From Candidatus Latescibacterota bacterium (GTDB taxonomy: Bacteria > Latescibacterota > UBA2968 > UBA8231): 64,000 bases of DNA. A program made the translations under genes and the position numbers. Shown piece by piece: positions 1 to 9,842 of the stretch (position 1 is its first letter; each line of letters starts with the position of its first letter). The stretch is from NCBI GenBank assembly GCA_964291625.2, contig OZ220089.1:448001-512000 (forward strand), read 5' to 3'. Below the pieces are notes generated by a model that saw nothing but the letters and a program-made list of their open reading frames with translations, was not told where the DNA came from and made no database searches.

Positions 1-1116
1 GAGGGCGCCCCGGCCCCGGGGGATGAGCTCGAAGCGCTCCTTGTTCCCGGGGATCGTGTTGATCTCCTCCAGGGGAATGGGGCCGCGGTGCTTGCGGTTC
101 AGCTCTCCGATGCGCTCGAAGCCGGCGGCCTCGGTGACGAAGACGTAGAACTCGATCGTCTGGTCGACGTAACCGCGGCTGAGCTTCTCGGGGATCTGCA
201 GCTCCAGCTCCAGCTGCTGGCGCGTGACCTCCTCGCTGAACTTCACCTGCGTCAGGTTGGCGTTGGTCCCCGGGTCGACGAAGGCGGGGGTGATCTCCCG
301 CGGCAGGTTGACCAGGGCCAGGCGGAAGGTCTTCTCGTCCTCGGCGAGACGCTCGAGGATGAGGTCGAAGTTGACCCGCGTGTTGAGGTCGCCCTCCTGG
401 GAGAACTGGACCGAGTTGATCGTCGGCAGGTCCTGGCTCGACTCCCGGCGCATGACGATGTGCAGGAGCTCCTTGCTGCCGTCGAGGTAGGTGAGGTCGA
501 CGACCACGTCCTCGTAGTCTTGGAGCAGCCGGAAGGTGAGCCGCGTGCCCTCGCCCAGGGGCAGGGAGGGCACGAGGATCTCGTAGGGCTCGGCGACGAT
601 CGTTCCCAGGCGCTCGGTGAGGGAGACCTTGAGGTTCTGGATCTCCAGCAGGGGCCGGATCTCGCTCTCCTCGCGGTCGGGGTTGAGCGACAGGGCCTGG
701 TCGAGCTGGGAGGCGTTCTCGAGGACGATGTCGACCTGGCGGCGGCCGTCGAGGGTGCGGTACTTGCGGGCCTCGCGGATGGTGACGCGGGTGGCGTCCT
801 TGAGGAACTCGAGGCGCGTGCGGTCGAGCTGGAAGACCGCCTCGCTGTACTTCAGCTCCGAGTGCAGGAAGGCGCGCCGGGCTTTGTTCAGGCTCTCGAG
901 GGTCTCGATCTTCTCGTCGTAGAGCTCCTGGATGATGTCGTACTCGCTCTTGTTGTTGTCCATCTCCAGCTTGCGGCTCTCCACCTCCCACTGCGCCTTG
1001 CGCAGCTTGATGTCGTAGAGGCGCTGCTCCTTGGTGCGCAGGTCCTTGGTCGCCGCCAGGGGCGAGGCCAGGAGGCCGAGGAGGAAGGCGCCCAGACAGG
1101 CGCGGGCGGCGGTCAT
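1..1116 (-). CDS. Exported alpha-hairpin/Ig-like protein, paralog of 1113-2633 (3'-partial, runs off the left edge)
   Basis: Not in the ORF track. Hand translation from the ATG at 1116 (ATGA overlap) gives MTAARACLGAFLLGLLASPLAA...DATRVTIREARKYRT...LPTINSVQFSQEG...FDLILERLAEDE...ELIPRG, open to position 1 and colinear with the neighbouring gene. Confidence 0.9.
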   Translation of the reverse strand, partial: MTAARACLGAFLLGLLASPLAATKDLRTKEQRLYDIKLRKAQWEVESRKLEMDNNKSEYDIIQELYDEKIETLESLNKARRAFLHSELKYSEAVFQLDRTRLEFLKDATRVTIREARKYRTLDGRRQVDIVLENASQLDQALSLNPDREESEIRPLLEIQNLKVSLTERLGTIVAEPYEILVPSLPLGEGTRLTFRLLQDYEDVVVDLTYLDGSKELLHIVMRRESSQDLPTINSVQFSQEGDLNTRVNFDLILERLAEDEKTFRLALVNLPREITPAFVDPGTNANLTQVKFSEEVTRQQLELELQIPEKLSRGYVDQTIEFYVFVTEAAGFERIGELNRKHRGPIPLEEINTIPGNKERFELIPRGRGAL

Positions 1117-2633
1117 CGGCGGCTGATCCGGACGCTGGCCACGCCGATGCCGACGACGAGGAGCACGAGGATGCCGATGAGGATGACGTTTCCGGCGATG
1201 TTCGATCGCGCCCCCACGTGGATGGTCAGGTTCTTCTCCAGGGACTCCACGTTCTCGTTGCCCACCTGGCCCTGGGCCTCGACGCCGAGCTCGTAGTTGC
1301 CCACGGCGATGTCGGGGGGCGGCCGGGCGACGATGTCGAGGGGCGCGCGCTCTTCGGGCTCCAGGCGCTTGATGAGGGTGGGCGTCACCTCCTCCTGCCA
1401 CTGGTAGGGCAGGTCGAGGGCGGCCTTGATGTTCTGCACCGCCACGCTGCCGCGGTTGAGGAACTCGACGCGGATGTTCAGCTCGTCGCCGGTCTGGATC
1501 TCCCGGTAGGTGTTGGAGACGAGGACCTCGAGCTTGCCGATGCCCTTGGGGATGAGCTCGAGCTCGACGTAGTTGGCCCGCAGGGCGCTCACCTCCTCCT
1601 CCGGCACCGGGTCGTCGCCGTAGCGCGCCCGGATGGCGTTGATGCGGGCGTACTCGCGCGGCTCGGTGACCAGGGCGAAGAAGGGGCGCGCCAGGCCCAC
1701 CAGGTCGCGGTCGAGCTTCTCGGGGATCTCGAGGACGAGGCCGAGGGTGTCCTTGGACTTGGTCTCGTCGAACTTCACCTGGTTGACCTTGGCGCCGGCG
1801 TTGCGGAAGGAGTGGTCGATCTTGCGCGGCAGGCCGAGGACGGCGAGGGCGAAGCTGCGCTCCTCGTCGGAGAGGCGCTCGAGGATGAGGTCGAAGCGCA
1901 CGTCCTGCTGCAGCTCGCCCGACTGCGAGAACTGGGCGGAGTTGATGCTCGGCAGATTCTCGCGCCCGCCCTTGCGCAGGGTGACGGGGATGCTCTCCAG
2001 GGCGTCAAGGTAGCCGAGGACCACGGCCACCGCCTCCTCGTCGCGCAGGAGGCGGAAGGTCAGGGTGCGCCGCTCGCCCACGTCGAGGGCGGGGACGCGG
2101 GTCTCGTAGGGCTCGCCCACGAGGGGCCCGTTCTCCAGGGAGACGAAGATGTTCTCCACGCGCAGCAGGATGCGCAGATCCTCCTCGGTGAGGGAGGGAT
2201 CGACGACGAGGGCGTCGCCCGTGTCGGAGGCGTTCTCGACGACGATGTCGACCATGCTCTTGCCGTCGGGGCTCTTGTACTTGCGGGCGTCGCGCACGAC
2301 GATATGGGTGGCGTTGCGCAGCAGGTCGAGCTTGGTCTCCTCCAGCAGGATCTCGGCCTCCTCCTTCTGCAGCCGCGCCTCGGCGTAGCTGTTCTGCGCC
2401 TGCTTGTAGGTGAGGAGGGGCACGAAGCCCGAGTCGTGGAGGGCCCGCGTGAGCCGCAGTTCCTCCAGGGCCTGCTCGAGGCTGGTGCGGCGCTGGTCCA
2501 GCTGCAGCTGGCGCTCGTCGAGCTGCAGCTTGTCGAGCTGCTGCTGGCGCGTGAGGCCGGCGCCCCCGGGAGCCGCGGCGGCCTGCGCGGCGAGGAGCAG
2601 GAACCCGGCCAGCAGCGGGAACTTCGCCCTCAT
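1113..2633 (-). CDS. Exported protein with N-terminal coiled-coil hairpin, Ig-like/NEW3 (COG1470-like) domains and C-terminal TM anchor
   Basis: Signal peptide; Q/L/E-rich helices; NEW3-like segment NRGSVAVQNIKAALDLPYQW...LEPEER...PPPDIAVGNY; terminal TM helix followed by RISRR. Confidence 0.8.
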   Translation of the reverse strand: MRAKFPLLAGFLLLAAQAAAAPGGAGLTRQQQLDKLQLDERQLQLDQRRTSLEQALEELRLTRALHDSGFVPLLTYKQAQNSYAEARLQKEEAEILLEETKLDLLRNATHIVVRDARKYKSPDGKSMVDIVVENASDTGDALVVDPSLTEEDLRILLRVENIFVSLENGPLVGEPYETRVPALDVGERRTLTFRLLRDEEAVAVVLGYLDALESIPVTLRKGGRENLPSINSAQFSQSGELQQDVRFDLILERLSDEERSFALAVLGLPRKIDHSFRNAGAKVNQVKFDETKSKDTLGLVLEIPEKLDRDLVGLARPFFALVTEPREYARINAIRARYGDDPVPEEEVSALRANYVELELIPKGIGKLEVLVSNTYREIQTGDELNIRVEFLNRGSVAVQNIKAALDLPYQWQEEVTPTLIKRLEPEERAPLDIVARPPPDIAVGNYELGVEAQGQVGNENVESLEKNLTIHVGARSNIAGNVILIGILVLLVVGIGVASVRISRR

Positions 2634-4033
2634 TCGACGTACCCCATCAGCCGCCGCAACGCGGCCTGGCGCGAGATGTAGGTCTCCTGGTTCCGGAACA
2701 GCTCTTCCTGGGCGGAGAAGAACTGCTGCCGGAAGTTCTCCAGCACCGCCTCGTCCACCTGCCCTCCCTTCTCCTGGACCTGCTGCTTGATCTCCAGCCG
2801 CCGGCGGGCGATGACCACGCTCTTCTCCTGCAGCCGCTGGGTCTCCTCGGCCTCGAGCATCGACTGGTAGGCCTGGCGCACGCCCAGCTCCACCGAGGCC
2901 CTGAGGTCGCGCAGCTGCACCTGCAGGCCCTGCAGCCGGGCGCGCTCGAGGCCCTCGCGGCCCAGGCGGGCGCCGCCCTCGAAGATGGGGATGCGCGCCT
3001 GCACGCGGGCCGACCAGGCCGCTTCGCCCGCGTCCTCGGGCGTGTCCGCCTCGTCGAGGGTGAGGCCGGTCTCCACACCGACGCCCCAGGTGCCGCCCTC
3101 GCGGCCGACGGTGAGGCCCGCCCGGCGGCGGCCGTCGCCGACGCCGGCGTCGGCGCTCAGGTCGGGGGCGTACTCCCAGCCGATCTCGCGCAGGACCCGC
3201 CGCTGCTCGTCGAGGAGCTGCTCGGTGACGCCGATCTCCACGTCGTGAACGAGGGCCCGGCCCACGGCCTCGTCCTGGTCGACGGCGAAGGGCTCCAGCT
3301 CGCCGCCGAGCCGCAGGTCGAGGCCGATGGGGCGGCCGATGAGGCGCAGGAGCTCCATCTTGTCGCGCAGCTGCTCGCGCCGGATGCGGTTGATGCTGAG
3401 CTCCTCCTCCAGGACGTTGAGCTCGGCCTGGAGCTTCTGCTCCTCGGAGGCGAGGCGCTTCTCGAAGCGGGCCTGCTGACGCGCGAAGGTGGCCTCGAAG
3501 TTCTGCCGCGAGGCGACGCGCAGGGCGATCTGCTGGTCCTTGAGCAGAATCAGGTGATAGAGCTCCCAGACGCGGGCGCTGACCTCGTAGACCTTGTCCT
3601 GGTAGTCGAAGACGGCCTTGCGCAGATCGGCGCGCAGCTGGATCTCGGAAGCGGCGTCGGGGCCGAACTCGAAGAGGCGCTGCTCGAGCAGCAGCTCGCT
3701 GGCCAGCTGGTCGCGGGTGGTGGCGTCGCCCTCGGCGCGCAGGGCGTCGTACCCGGCGGTGAGGCTCACCCGCGGCATCAGGCGGGAGCGGACGACGACG
3801 GCGTCGCTCTCGACCTCCTCGACGCGCTTGCGCGCGCGGATCAGCTCGCGGTTGTGGGAGAAGGCCGCCGCGAGGCAGTCGGCCAGGCCGAGGGGCGCCG
3901 CCCCGGCGGTGGAGTCGGGCCGCGCCGGAGGCCCCTCGGCGACGGCGGGACCGAGGGCCGCGGCCACTCCCGCGATGAGAACCGCCGTCCGCAGGTGGAG
4001 GGCCCGGAACGGCGAAAAGGTCAGCAAAATCAA
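2630..4033 (-). CDS. TolC-family outer membrane efflux protein
   Basis: Two OEP-like repeats (LADCLAAAFSHNREL...LMPRVSL; ARIPIFEGG...VRQAY). Start placed at TTG 4033 (alternative 4027), downstream of the predicted promoter. Confidence 0.85.
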   Translation of the reverse strand: MILLTFSPFRALHLRTAVLIAGVAAALGPAVAEGPPARPDSTAGAAPLGLADCLAAAFSHNRELIRARKRVEEVESDAVVVRSRLMPRVSLTAGYDALRAEGDATTRDQLASELLLEQRLFEFGPDAASEIQLRADLRKAVFDYQDKVYEVSARVWELYHLILLKDQQIALRVASRQNFEATFARQQARFEKRLASEEQKLQAELNVLEEELSINRIRREQLRDKMELLRLIGRPIGLDLRLGGELEPFAVDQDEAVGRALVHDVEIGVTEQLLDEQRRVLREIGWEYAPDLSADAGVGDGRRRAGLTVGREGGTWGVGVETGLTLDEADTPEDAGEAAWSARVQARIPIFEGGARLGREGLERARLQGLQVQLRDLRASVELGVRQAYQSMLEAEETQRLQEKSVVIARRRLEIKQQVQEKGGQVDEAVLENFRQQFFSAQEELFRNQETYISRQAALRRLMGYVE

Positions 4034-4064
4034 TAGGTTCCGTAGGGTCTGGCAGATCGCGCTA

Positions 4065-4093
4065 ATCCTACTCGTGAAGGTGGACCATGTCAA
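4065..4093 (-). promoter_or_regulatory. Sigma70-type promoter for the tolC operon
   Basis: Minus strand TTGACA (4093-4088), 17-nt spacer, TAGGAT (4070-4065). Confidence 0.7.
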
Positions 4094-4118
4094 GATGGGG
4101 TTGCGTGCAAGCCATTGC

Positions 4119-4148
4119 TTGACATGGGTCACGTACCCCCCGCACGTT
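4119..4148 (+). promoter_or_regulatory. Possible divergent sigma70 promoter for the ABC operon
   Basis: TTGACA at 4119-4124; only a weak -10 (CACGTT) at an 18-nt spacer. Confidence 0.4.
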
Positions 4149-4190
4149 ACCCCTGCGAATCGCGGGCCGACTTTTCCCGGAGAGAGGCGA

Positions 4191-4913
4191 ATGCTCGAGA
4201 TCATCGGGATGACCAAGCACTACGGCGACGTCCACGCCGTGAACGACCTCACCCTGACCATCGAGCCGGGCGAGATCTTCACCATGCTCGGAGCCAACGG
4301 CGCCGGCAAGACGACCACCCTCATGGTGGCCCTCGGGTTCACCGAGCCGACGGACGGGACGGTGAAGATCTGCGGCGTCGACGTCACGCGCGACCCGCTC
4401 GAGGCCAAGCGCCACGTGGCCTACGTGTCGGAGAACGTCATGCTCTACGGCAACTTCACGGCCCGCCAGAACCTCGAGTTCTTCACCAAGCTCGGCGGCC
4501 GCAAGGAGGTGGAGGCCTCGGAGTACGACCAGGTCATGGACCGCGTCGGCCTGCAGCGCGACGCCTTCGACCGGCGCGTCAAGGGGTTCTCCAAGGGCAT
4601 GCGCCAGAAGCTCGGCATCGCCATCGCCATCATGAAGAACGCCGAGGTGATCCTCCTCGACGAGCCGACCTCGGGACTGGACCCCAAATCGGGCGCCGAG
4701 TTCCTGCAGCTGCTGGCCGAGCTGCGCGAGGAGAACAAGGCGATCTGGATGACGACCCACGACATCTTCCGGGCCAAGCAGATCGCCGACCGCGTGGGCA
4801 TCATGGTCGAGGGCAACCTGGTGAAGATCTTCACCCGCGACGAGCTCGGGCAGGAGGACCTGGAATCGATCTACGTGGAGTTCGTGAGCCAGCCCGCAGA
4901 GCAGGCGGCCTGA
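4191..4913 (+). CDS. ABC transporter ATP-binding protein (ABC-2/CcmA type)
   Basis: Walker A GANGAGKTT, signature FSKGMRQK, Walker B ILLDEPT, H-loop TTHD; GAGAGG RBS before the ATG at 4191. Confidence 0.95.
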   Translation: MLEIIGMTKHYGDVHAVNDLTLTIEPGEIFTMLGANGAGKTTTLMVALGFTEPTDGTVKICGVDVTRDPLEAKRHVAYVSENVMLYGNFTARQNLEFFTKLGGRKEVEASEYDQVMDRVGLQRDAFDRRVKGFSKGMRQKLGIAIAIMKNAEVILLDEPTSGLDPKSGAEFLQLLAELREENKAIWMTTHDIFRAKQIADRVGIMVEGNLVKIFTRDELGQEDLESIYVEFVSQPAEQAA

Positions 4914-5019
4914 CGGCCGTCGACGCCGCCGGCCGCCGGCCCCGACCCGCCTTGCGCCCCCGTTCCCGCATGTCCCCGGTCAGCGGCGCCCCCGGCGCCG
5001 CGATTCCATCGAGGCTTCC

Positions 5020-6405
5020 ATGCTCCTGCGACTGATCCGCAAGGAAGTCCTGCACAACATCCTGAGCTTCCGCTTCGCCGTCACCTACGGCCTGCTCTTC
5101 GTCCTCGTCCTGCTCGCCGTCTTCCTCATGGGCAACGAGCACCGGCAGCGCATGGAGACCTATACCCGGCAGGAGGCCCAGGCCCGGGACCGCCTGGAGG
5201 AGCTGGCCGGGGTGCAGGACGCCACCGAGCAGTTCCGGCAGATCCAGCGCGAGGACTTCGCGGGGGTTCGCCAGCCGGGGGCGCTGGCCGTCCTCGCCCG
5301 CGGTCTCGAGGGCAGCCTGCCGGCGCAGATCTCCTCCGGCGGGTGGTTCACCACGCACAGCTCCGAGGACCGCCTGGGGCGCAACATCCTCCTCGAGATC
5401 TTCCAGGCCCCCGACTTCGCCTACGTGGTCAACATGGTCCTGAGCCTGCTGGCCCTGCTCTTCGTCTTCGACTCCGTCTGCGGCGAGAAGGAGCGGGGCA
5501 CCCTCAAGCTCCTGCTGTCGGGCTCGGTCCCCCGCGACTCGGTGCTGCTGGGCAAGTGGGTGGGCGGCTACCTCTCCATCGCCGGGCCCTTCGCCGCCGC
5601 CGCCGCCGCCGGCTTCCTCTACCTCTCCCTCTCCGGCTCCCTGCCGCTCGAGGCGGAGGTCGTCTCCCGCTTCGCCGCGATCCTCGCCGTCTCCTTCCTC
5701 TATATCTCCGCCTGCTTCAGTCTCGGTCTGCTGATCTCCACCCTCGCCCACCGCGGCGCCACGGCCCTGCTCATGGCGCTGCTGGTGTGGATCGGCTGGA
5801 TCCTGGTGGTGCCCAACGTGGCGCCTGTCGTGGCCCGCCTGGCGGCGCCGGTGCCGTCGCGCCAGGTGATCGACGCCGAACAGCAGGCCATCGACCGCGA
5901 GGCGGAGCTGCTGATGGGGGCCATCCGCAAGAGCAAGGTCTACGGCGACCAGCAGCAGATGGAGCGCATCCGGGAGGAGACCGAGCAGCGCAAGCGCAAG
6001 CTGGACGGATTCTACAAGGACCGCATGTCGCGCCAGACGTCCCTGAGCCAGAACCTGGCGCGCCTGTCGCCGTCGGCCAGCTATCTCCTCGCCGCCACCC
6101 GTCTCGCCGGCACCGGCCCCGACCTCTTCGCCCACTTCTCCGACGCCGTCGAGCGCTTCCACGGCGCCCACGAAGACTTCCGCCGCCAGATGTACGGCAA
6201 CGTCTCCTGGACCGGAGGACCCGATCCGGACATCCAGGACGAGGGCTGGTTCGACCCCGGCGAGGTGCCCCGGCTGTCCATGTTCTCCGAGAGCCTCTCC
6301 GAAGCCTTCGACGGGGCCCTCTTCGACATCCTGCTGCTGTGCGTGTTCAACGTGCTGTTCTTCCTGCTGTCGTACGTCTTCTTCCTCCGATACGACGTCA
6401 CCTGA
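5020..6405 (+). CDS. ABC-2/NosY-type permease subunit
   Basis: GEKERGTLKLLLS...LLGKW motif, multiple TM helices, two large extracytoplasmic loops, C-terminal FLRYDV. Confidence 0.9.
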   Translation: MLLRLIRKEVLHNILSFRFAVTYGLLFVLVLLAVFLMGNEHRQRMETYTRQEAQARDRLEELAGVQDATEQFRQIQREDFAGVRQPGALAVLARGLEGSLPAQISSGGWFTTHSSEDRLGRNILLEIFQAPDFAYVVNMVLSLLALLFVFDSVCGEKERGTLKLLLSGSVPRDSVLLGKWVGGYLSIAGPFAAAAAAGFLYLSLSGSLPLEAEVVSRFAAILAVSFLYISACFSLGLLISTLAHRGATALLMALLVWIGWILVVPNVAPVVARLAAPVPSRQVIDAEQQAIDREAELLMGAIRKSKVYGDQQQMERIREETEQRKRKLDGFYKDRMSRQTSLSQNLARLSPSASYLLAATRLAGTGPDLFAHFSDAVERFHGAHEDFRRQMYGNVSWTGGPDPDIQDEGWFDPGEVPRLSMFSESLSEAFDGALFDILLLCVFNVLFFLLSYVFFLRYDVT

Positions 6406-6426
6406 GCCGCCCCCGGGAGAACGCCC

Positions 6427-7860
6427 GTGCTGCTGCACATCGTCCGCAAGGAGCTCCTCGACCAGCTGCTGTCCCTGCGCTTCGCCATCGCCTGCGGCAT
6501 CTGCCTCATCGTCTTCCTGCTCAGCGCCGTGGTCCTGACGCGGGATTACCGCGAGGGCCTGTCCACGTACAACATGAACCGGGTCATGCACCGCAACGAG
6601 CTGCAGCAGCGCAGCGAGATCTGGAGCCTGAACGAGGGGGTCACCGTCGACCGGCCCCTGAACCTCATGAACACGCTGGTGCGCGGCCTGTCGAAGGAGC
6701 TGACCGAGAGCGTCCAGGTGCAGCCCGGGAACCGCCTCGACTTCCCCGAGGGCTGGGAGCAGAACCCGGTGCTGCCCCTCTTCCCGCCGGTGGACTTCGT
6801 CTTCATCGTCGGCATCATACTGAGCCTGCTGGCCCTGGCCTTCGCCTACGACGGGGTCTCGGGCGAGGCCGAGACCGGCGTCCTCAAGCTGCTCATGTCG
6901 TACAGCGCTCCTCGCGACCTGGTGCTCCTCGGCAAGTGGCTCGGCGGCTACCTGGCCCTCGTCGCGCCCTTCACCGTCTCCTTCGTACTCGCCCTCCTCG
7001 TGGTGCTGCTGTTCCCCGACGTGCAGCCCGACGCCGAGAGCTCGCTGGCCCTGCTCGCCCTCTACGGCCTCGCCCTGCTCTACCTCGGCGCCGTGTACAG
7101 CCTGGGCCTCTTCGTCTCCTGCCGCACCAGGCTGGCCTCGACCTCGATCACCGTCCTCCTGCTGCTGTGGGTGTCCCTGATCCTGGCGGTGCCGAACATG
7201 GCGCCGTACGTGGTCAGCCAGGTGGTGCCGATCCCCTCCGCCGAGGAGGTGGACCGCGAGAAGCAGGCCCTGCAGATGGAGCAGCAGCGGCGCTTCCAGG
7301 AGATCATCGCGGAGGAGCAGGAGCGGCTTGGCCGCGACAACGTGTGGGGCGACGAGTCGGTGCAGGAGCGGTTCCGGGTGGCGGCGGAGGAGTCCCAGGC
7401 GGAGATACAGAAGATCGAGGACAGTTTCCGCACCCAGGTGGCGGGGCAGACGCGGCTCTCCGGCATTCTCGCACGCATGTCTCCCCTGACCTCCTTCAAC
7501 CTCGCCGCCTTCGACCTGGCCGCCGCCGGCATCGCCCAGGAGGAGGAGTGGGTGGCGAGCCTGGAGGCCTTCGGCGACACCTGGTCGGCGTACTCGGAGG
7601 AGAAGCAGCGCGCCTACAGGGAGTGGATCCAGGAGCAGATGGCCGCTTCCCCCAGCGGCGGCGTGACCATCACGCCGCAGGACATGGAGCGGTTCAACCA
7701 GGACCTGGACCTGTCCGACGCTCCGCGGTTCGACTTTACCCACATGGGCGTTTCCGACCGCCTCGCCGCGGTCTACGTCGATCTGGCCTTGCTGGCCCTT
7801 TGGAACGTCGCCTTCTTCATGCTCGCCTACCTTTCCTTCCTGCGGTACGACATCAACTGA
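6427..7860 (+). CDS. ABC-2/NosY-type permease subunit (paralog)
   Basis: GEAETGVLKLLMS...LLGKW; same architecture as the upstream gene; GTG start. Confidence 0.9.
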   Translation: MLLHIVRKELLDQLLSLRFAIACGICLIVFLLSAVVLTRDYREGLSTYNMNRVMHRNELQQRSEIWSLNEGVTVDRPLNLMNTLVRGLSKELTESVQVQPGNRLDFPEGWEQNPVLPLFPPVDFVFIVGIILSLLALAFAYDGVSGEAETGVLKLLMSYSAPRDLVLLGKWLGGYLALVAPFTVSFVLALLVVLLFPDVQPDAESSLALLALYGLALLYLGAVYSLGLFVSCRTRLASTSITVLLLLWVSLILAVPNMAPYVVSQVVPIPSAEEVDREKQALQMEQQRRFQEIIAEEQERLGRDNVWGDESVQERFRVAAEESQAEIQKIEDSFRTQVAGQTRLSGILARMSPLTSFNLAAFDLAAAGIAQEEEWVASLEAFGDTWSAYSEEKQRAYREWIQEQMAASPSGGVTITPQDMERFNQDLDLSDAPRFDFTHMGVSDRLAAVYVDLALLALWNVAFFMLAYLSFLRYDIN

Positions 7861-7909
7861 CCCAGGCCCGCCCCGGGCGATCCAGACCGATCGGGCCACA
7901 GGAGACTCC

Positions 7910-8839
7910 ATGGCCCATCACGAGTTCGTCCCCGACCACTACCACAACACCCTCGGCTGGCACGAGCCGGTCCTCGAGGTCGCCCCGGGGGACTCGGTCT
8001 CGACGACCACCGTCGACGCCCGCGGCCGGGACCGCCACGGCCAGCAGGTGGCGGTCCGGGGCAACCCCCAGACCGGCCCCTTCCACGTCACCGGCGCCGA
8101 GCCCGGGGACGCGCTGGCGGTCACCCTCGACCTGGTGAGGCCCAACCGGCCCTGGGGCTTCACCGCCACCGCCGTGGCCCCCAACGTGCTCGACCCCGGC
8201 TTCCGGCCGCGCTTCGACGACGATCTCGAGGTCACCCGCTGGGAGGTCGACGTGGAGGCCGGCAGCGTGCGCCTCAGCGAGCCCGAGGGCCCCCTGTCGC
8301 GGCTCTCCCTGCCCCTGGACCCGATGGTCGGCTGCTTCGGCGTGGCCCCCGAGAGAGGGCAGGCGATCTCCACGGCCACCTCCCACCGCCACGGCGGCAA
8401 CATGGACTACCGGGGCTTCCGCCAGGGGGTGACCGTCTGGTTCCCCGTCTTCGCGCCGGGGGCCCTGTTCCACATCGGCGACGGCCACGCCGTGCAGGGC
8501 GACGGCGAGATCGTCGGCACGGGGGTGGAGATCTCCTTCGACGTGCGCTTCACCCTCGACCTGGTGAAGGGCTCGTCCATCGGCTGGCCGCGGGCCGAGG
8601 ACGACACCTGGCTGATGACGGCGGGCAACGCCCGGCCCCTGGACCAGTGCGTGCAGCACGCCACCACCGAGATGCTGCGCTGGCTGGAGACCGACCACGG
8701 CCTCGACGCCCGCACCGCCCACCTGCTCCTGGGGCAGGCGGTGGCCTACGACCTGGGGAACATCTACGACCCCGCGTACACCATGATCTGCAAGGTGAGG
8801 AAGAGCCACGTGGAGGCGATCCGGGGACAGGCCCCATGA
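7910..8839 (+). CDS. Acetamidase/formamidase family protein
   Basis: NPQTGPF, GAEPGD, HGGNMD and GDGHAVQGDGE motifs. Confidence 0.92.
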   Translation: MAHHEFVPDHYHNTLGWHEPVLEVAPGDSVSTTTVDARGRDRHGQQVAVRGNPQTGPFHVTGAEPGDALAVTLDLVRPNRPWGFTATAVAPNVLDPGFRPRFDDDLEVTRWEVDVEAGSVRLSEPEGPLSRLSLPLDPMVGCFGVAPERGQAISTATSHRHGGNMDYRGFRQGVTVWFPVFAPGALFHIGDGHAVQGDGEIVGTGVEISFDVRFTLDLVKGSSIGWPRAEDDTWLMTAGNARPLDQCVQHATTEMLRWLETDHGLDARTAHLLLGQAVAYDLGNIYDPAYTMICKVRKSHVEAIRGQAP

Positions 8840-9750
8840 GCAACCACGTCGTCGTGACCTGCGTCTCCTACGCCCCCATCAGCGGCTCCGACGAGGAGGT
8901 CGTGGAGCGCACCCACGAGGACCTGAAGGGGCTCGTGGGGCGCGCCGCCCGGGCCACGCGGCCGGACCTCGTGGTCCTGCCCGAGACGATCTGCCGCACC
9001 TTCGACGAGGAGGTCCCCGAGGGCCCCACGTCTCAACTGCTGGCCGGCCTGGCGCGGGAGCACGGCTGCTACGTCACCGTGCCCGTGCACCAGAAGGAGC
9101 CCGCCACCGGCGCCGTGTACAACGTCCTCGGCCTTCTCGACCGCCAGGGGGAGCTGGCCGGCGTCTACCGCAAGTACATCCCCGTGTACCCCGAGTTCGA
9201 CCACGGCACCCGCCCGGGCCCGGGGGCGCACCTGATCGAGACCGACTTCGGCCCCGTGGGCGGGGTCATCTGCTTCGACCTGAACTTCGGCGAGCTGCGG
9301 GCCGAGTACAAGAAGCTCAAGCCGCGGCTGCTGCTCTTCAGCTCCATGTACCACGGCGGCCTGGTGCAGCACTTCTGGGCCCTCGACGTGCAGGCGTTCT
9401 TCGCCGGCTCCGTGTACCGGGGCACGCCCTGCTCCATCATCGATCCCCAGGGCACCACCCTGGCCGAGAGCAACAACTACCTGCCCTGGGCCTCGGCCCG
9501 CGTCAACCTGGACTACGAGATCGTGCACCTCGACCGCAACCAGGGCCGGTACGACGAGATCCACGGGAAGTACGGCGACGCCGTGCGCATCGTCACCACC
9601 GGGCAGGTGGGCACCTCCGTCCTCTACAGCGAGGCGGAGGAGCGCACCGCCGCCGACATCGTCGAGGAGTTCGAGCTGATCCGGCTGGACGACTACTTCG
9701 ACTGGTCGCGCAAACTGCGCGCGGAGCAGCTGGAGAAGGCCCCGGCCTGA
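8836..9750 (+). CDS. Carbon-nitrogen hydrolase (nitrilase superfamily)
   Basis: E-K-C triad contexts VLPE, YRK, ICFD; ATGA overlap with the upstream gene. Confidence 0.9.
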   Translation: MSNHVVVTCVSYAPISGSDEEVVERTHEDLKGLVGRAARATRPDLVVLPETICRTFDEEVPEGPTSQLLAGLAREHGCYVTVPVHQKEPATGAVYNVLGLLDRQGELAGVYRKYIPVYPEFDHGTRPGPGAHLIETDFGPVGGVICFDLNFGELRAEYKKLKPRLLLFSSMYHGGLVQHFWALDVQAFFAGSVYRGTPCSIIDPQGTTLAESNNYLPWASARVNLDYEIVHLDRNQGRYDEIHGKYGDAVRIVTTGQVGTSVLYSEAEERTAADIVEEFELIRLDDYFDWSRKLRAEQLEKAPA

Positions 9751-9842
9751 GCCGCTGGACGGACCCCGGTCCGGGCGGGTTATTCTACTTCAATACAACG
9801 CCACATCGTCTCACACCGTCCCACCCCGCCGAGGGAGCCCGG

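Noticed and set aside
4034-4216. Extended N-termini of tolC (to 4216) and the ABC ATPase (from 3618) implying overlapping divergent genes
   Set aside because: Promoter, RBS and domain boundaries place both true starts outside this spacer
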